Shown: positions 63,149-64,000 of the stretch, piece by piece
How the letters are laid out: every line of letters starts with the position of its first letter
How positions within the stretch are numbered: position 1 is the first letter of the stretch
DNA from: an uncultured Chthonomonadaceae bacterium
GTDB lineage: Bacteria > Armatimonadota > Chthonomonadetes > Chthonomonadales > Chthonomonadaceae
DNA length: 64,000 nt
Assembly (NCBI GenBank): GCA_963835065.1
Contig: CAWIEK010000022.1
Span: 32,001-96,000, forward strand
Direction of reading: 5' to 3'
Notes under the pieces: generated by a model
What the model was told of the DNA's origin: nothing
What the model saw: only the letters and a program-made list of their open reading frames with translations
Databases searched by the model: none
Position numbers and translations under genes: made by a program

Positions 63149-63756
63149 AAACAGTTGACGCTCCTCCTGCACGGGAGAAGCGTAGCCCCTGACGGATAAG
63201 GGGTAAACCCTGAACTTCCCCGACTTCTCGCCATAAGCCTCGTGACAATCGGCGCAACAGGGGCAAAGTGTCTGCGCCATCACCACACGAAGGAGTTTCA
63301 CAGGGCAAGGCGGCCAGTGTCGTGTTCGCCGCCAACAGCAACCATCCCGTAAAAAAGATAGGAAAAAGAGCAAAATAACGCAAAACAAACGAACCCTTTG
63401 CCCGACACAGCCGTCTAAACAGGTAGAACAAACGTCTACTTACAGACAGGAAGGTTGAAGGTTCGAGTTCCTATCAACTATCAACTATCAACTATCAACT
63501 ACTTACACAGGAAGGGAGGTGCCAGGCCTATGTTACACCCCTCCCGTTCGCCCTGACGCTTACGAGGTCACGATGCCTCACTCCTACAACCAGACACAAC
63601 GAGACATCGGGCTGGAAGCGCTGTATTGCCAAGATTTCGACGATGACTCTACATACCTTTCTTTATAAACCCTTTCGCGTATGCCGCCGCATCCCGCTTT
63701 GTCAACACCCTCGCCGGGCAGGAAACGGGCATAGTGACGCGGGGCAGCGGCTGCGA

Positions 63757-64000
63757 TCAGGCAAGAAGCGGCGTTATCACAGTCCCGTGTACATCGGTCA
63801 GGCGGCGTTGTGTGCCGTCGTGGTAGTAGGTCAGTTTTTTGTGGTCCAGTCCGAGCAGATGCAGCACGGTCGCGTGGAAGTCGTAGATGGTGCTGGCGTC
63901 CTGCGTGGCTTTGTAGCCGAACTCATCCGTTGCGCCGTAACAGGTTCCGCCCTTCACGCCCGCGCCCGCCATCCATGCCGTAAAGCCGAAGGGGTTGTGG
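63757..64000 (-). CDS. DUF1501-family protein, C-terminal part
   Basis: [26 protein letters not shown]...[17 protein letters not shown]...RLTDV. Confidence 0.9.
   Translation of the reverse strand, partial: HNPFGFTAWMAGAGVKGGTCYGATDEFGYKATQDASTIYDFHATVLHLLGLDHKKLTYYHDGTQRRLTDVHGTVITPLLA

Overview
GC-rich bacterial chromosome segment. Gene content (PSCyt/DUF1549-DUF1553 and DUF1501 proteins, many ECF sigma factors) is compatible with an Armatimonadota/Planctomycetota-like soil bacterium, but that placement is only an inference. At least a dozen otherwise conserved genes are broken by single-base frameshifts, most simply explained by an unpolished long-read assembly. Housekeeping genes: proA, proB, aroF, tyrA, larB, larE, an hpnI-like glycosyltransferase, clpP, amt, an FKBP, sugar hydrolases/oxidoreductases and tRNA-Gly/Arg/His. 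Accessory content: (1) an ECF sigma - HTH protein - IrrE/ImmA protease/UvrD helicase/Fe-S nuclease-like fusion locus, with a candidate cognate promoter TTTCCGGTTT-N14-TAGT present twice; (2) an HTH-LAGLIDADG-like ORF between a tRNA promoter and tRNA-Gly; (3) MNT-HEPN and HicBA toxin-antitoxin pairs; (4) an AT-richer island Amt - helical-domain/SBP membrane protein - Trypco1 - trypsin/helical-domain, resembling an effector-associated-domain conflict system; (5) a non-canonical tRNA-Ser(UGA) that folds best as 9/3 or 8/4, inside a 46-bp direct repeat; (6) a defence-like cluster with type III R-M, ankyrin proteins and a NACHT-LRR gene bracketed by 140-bp direct repeats; (7) a pervasive family of 7-9-mer tandem-repeat modules that form intergenic hairpins and also sit in frame inside conserved enzymes.
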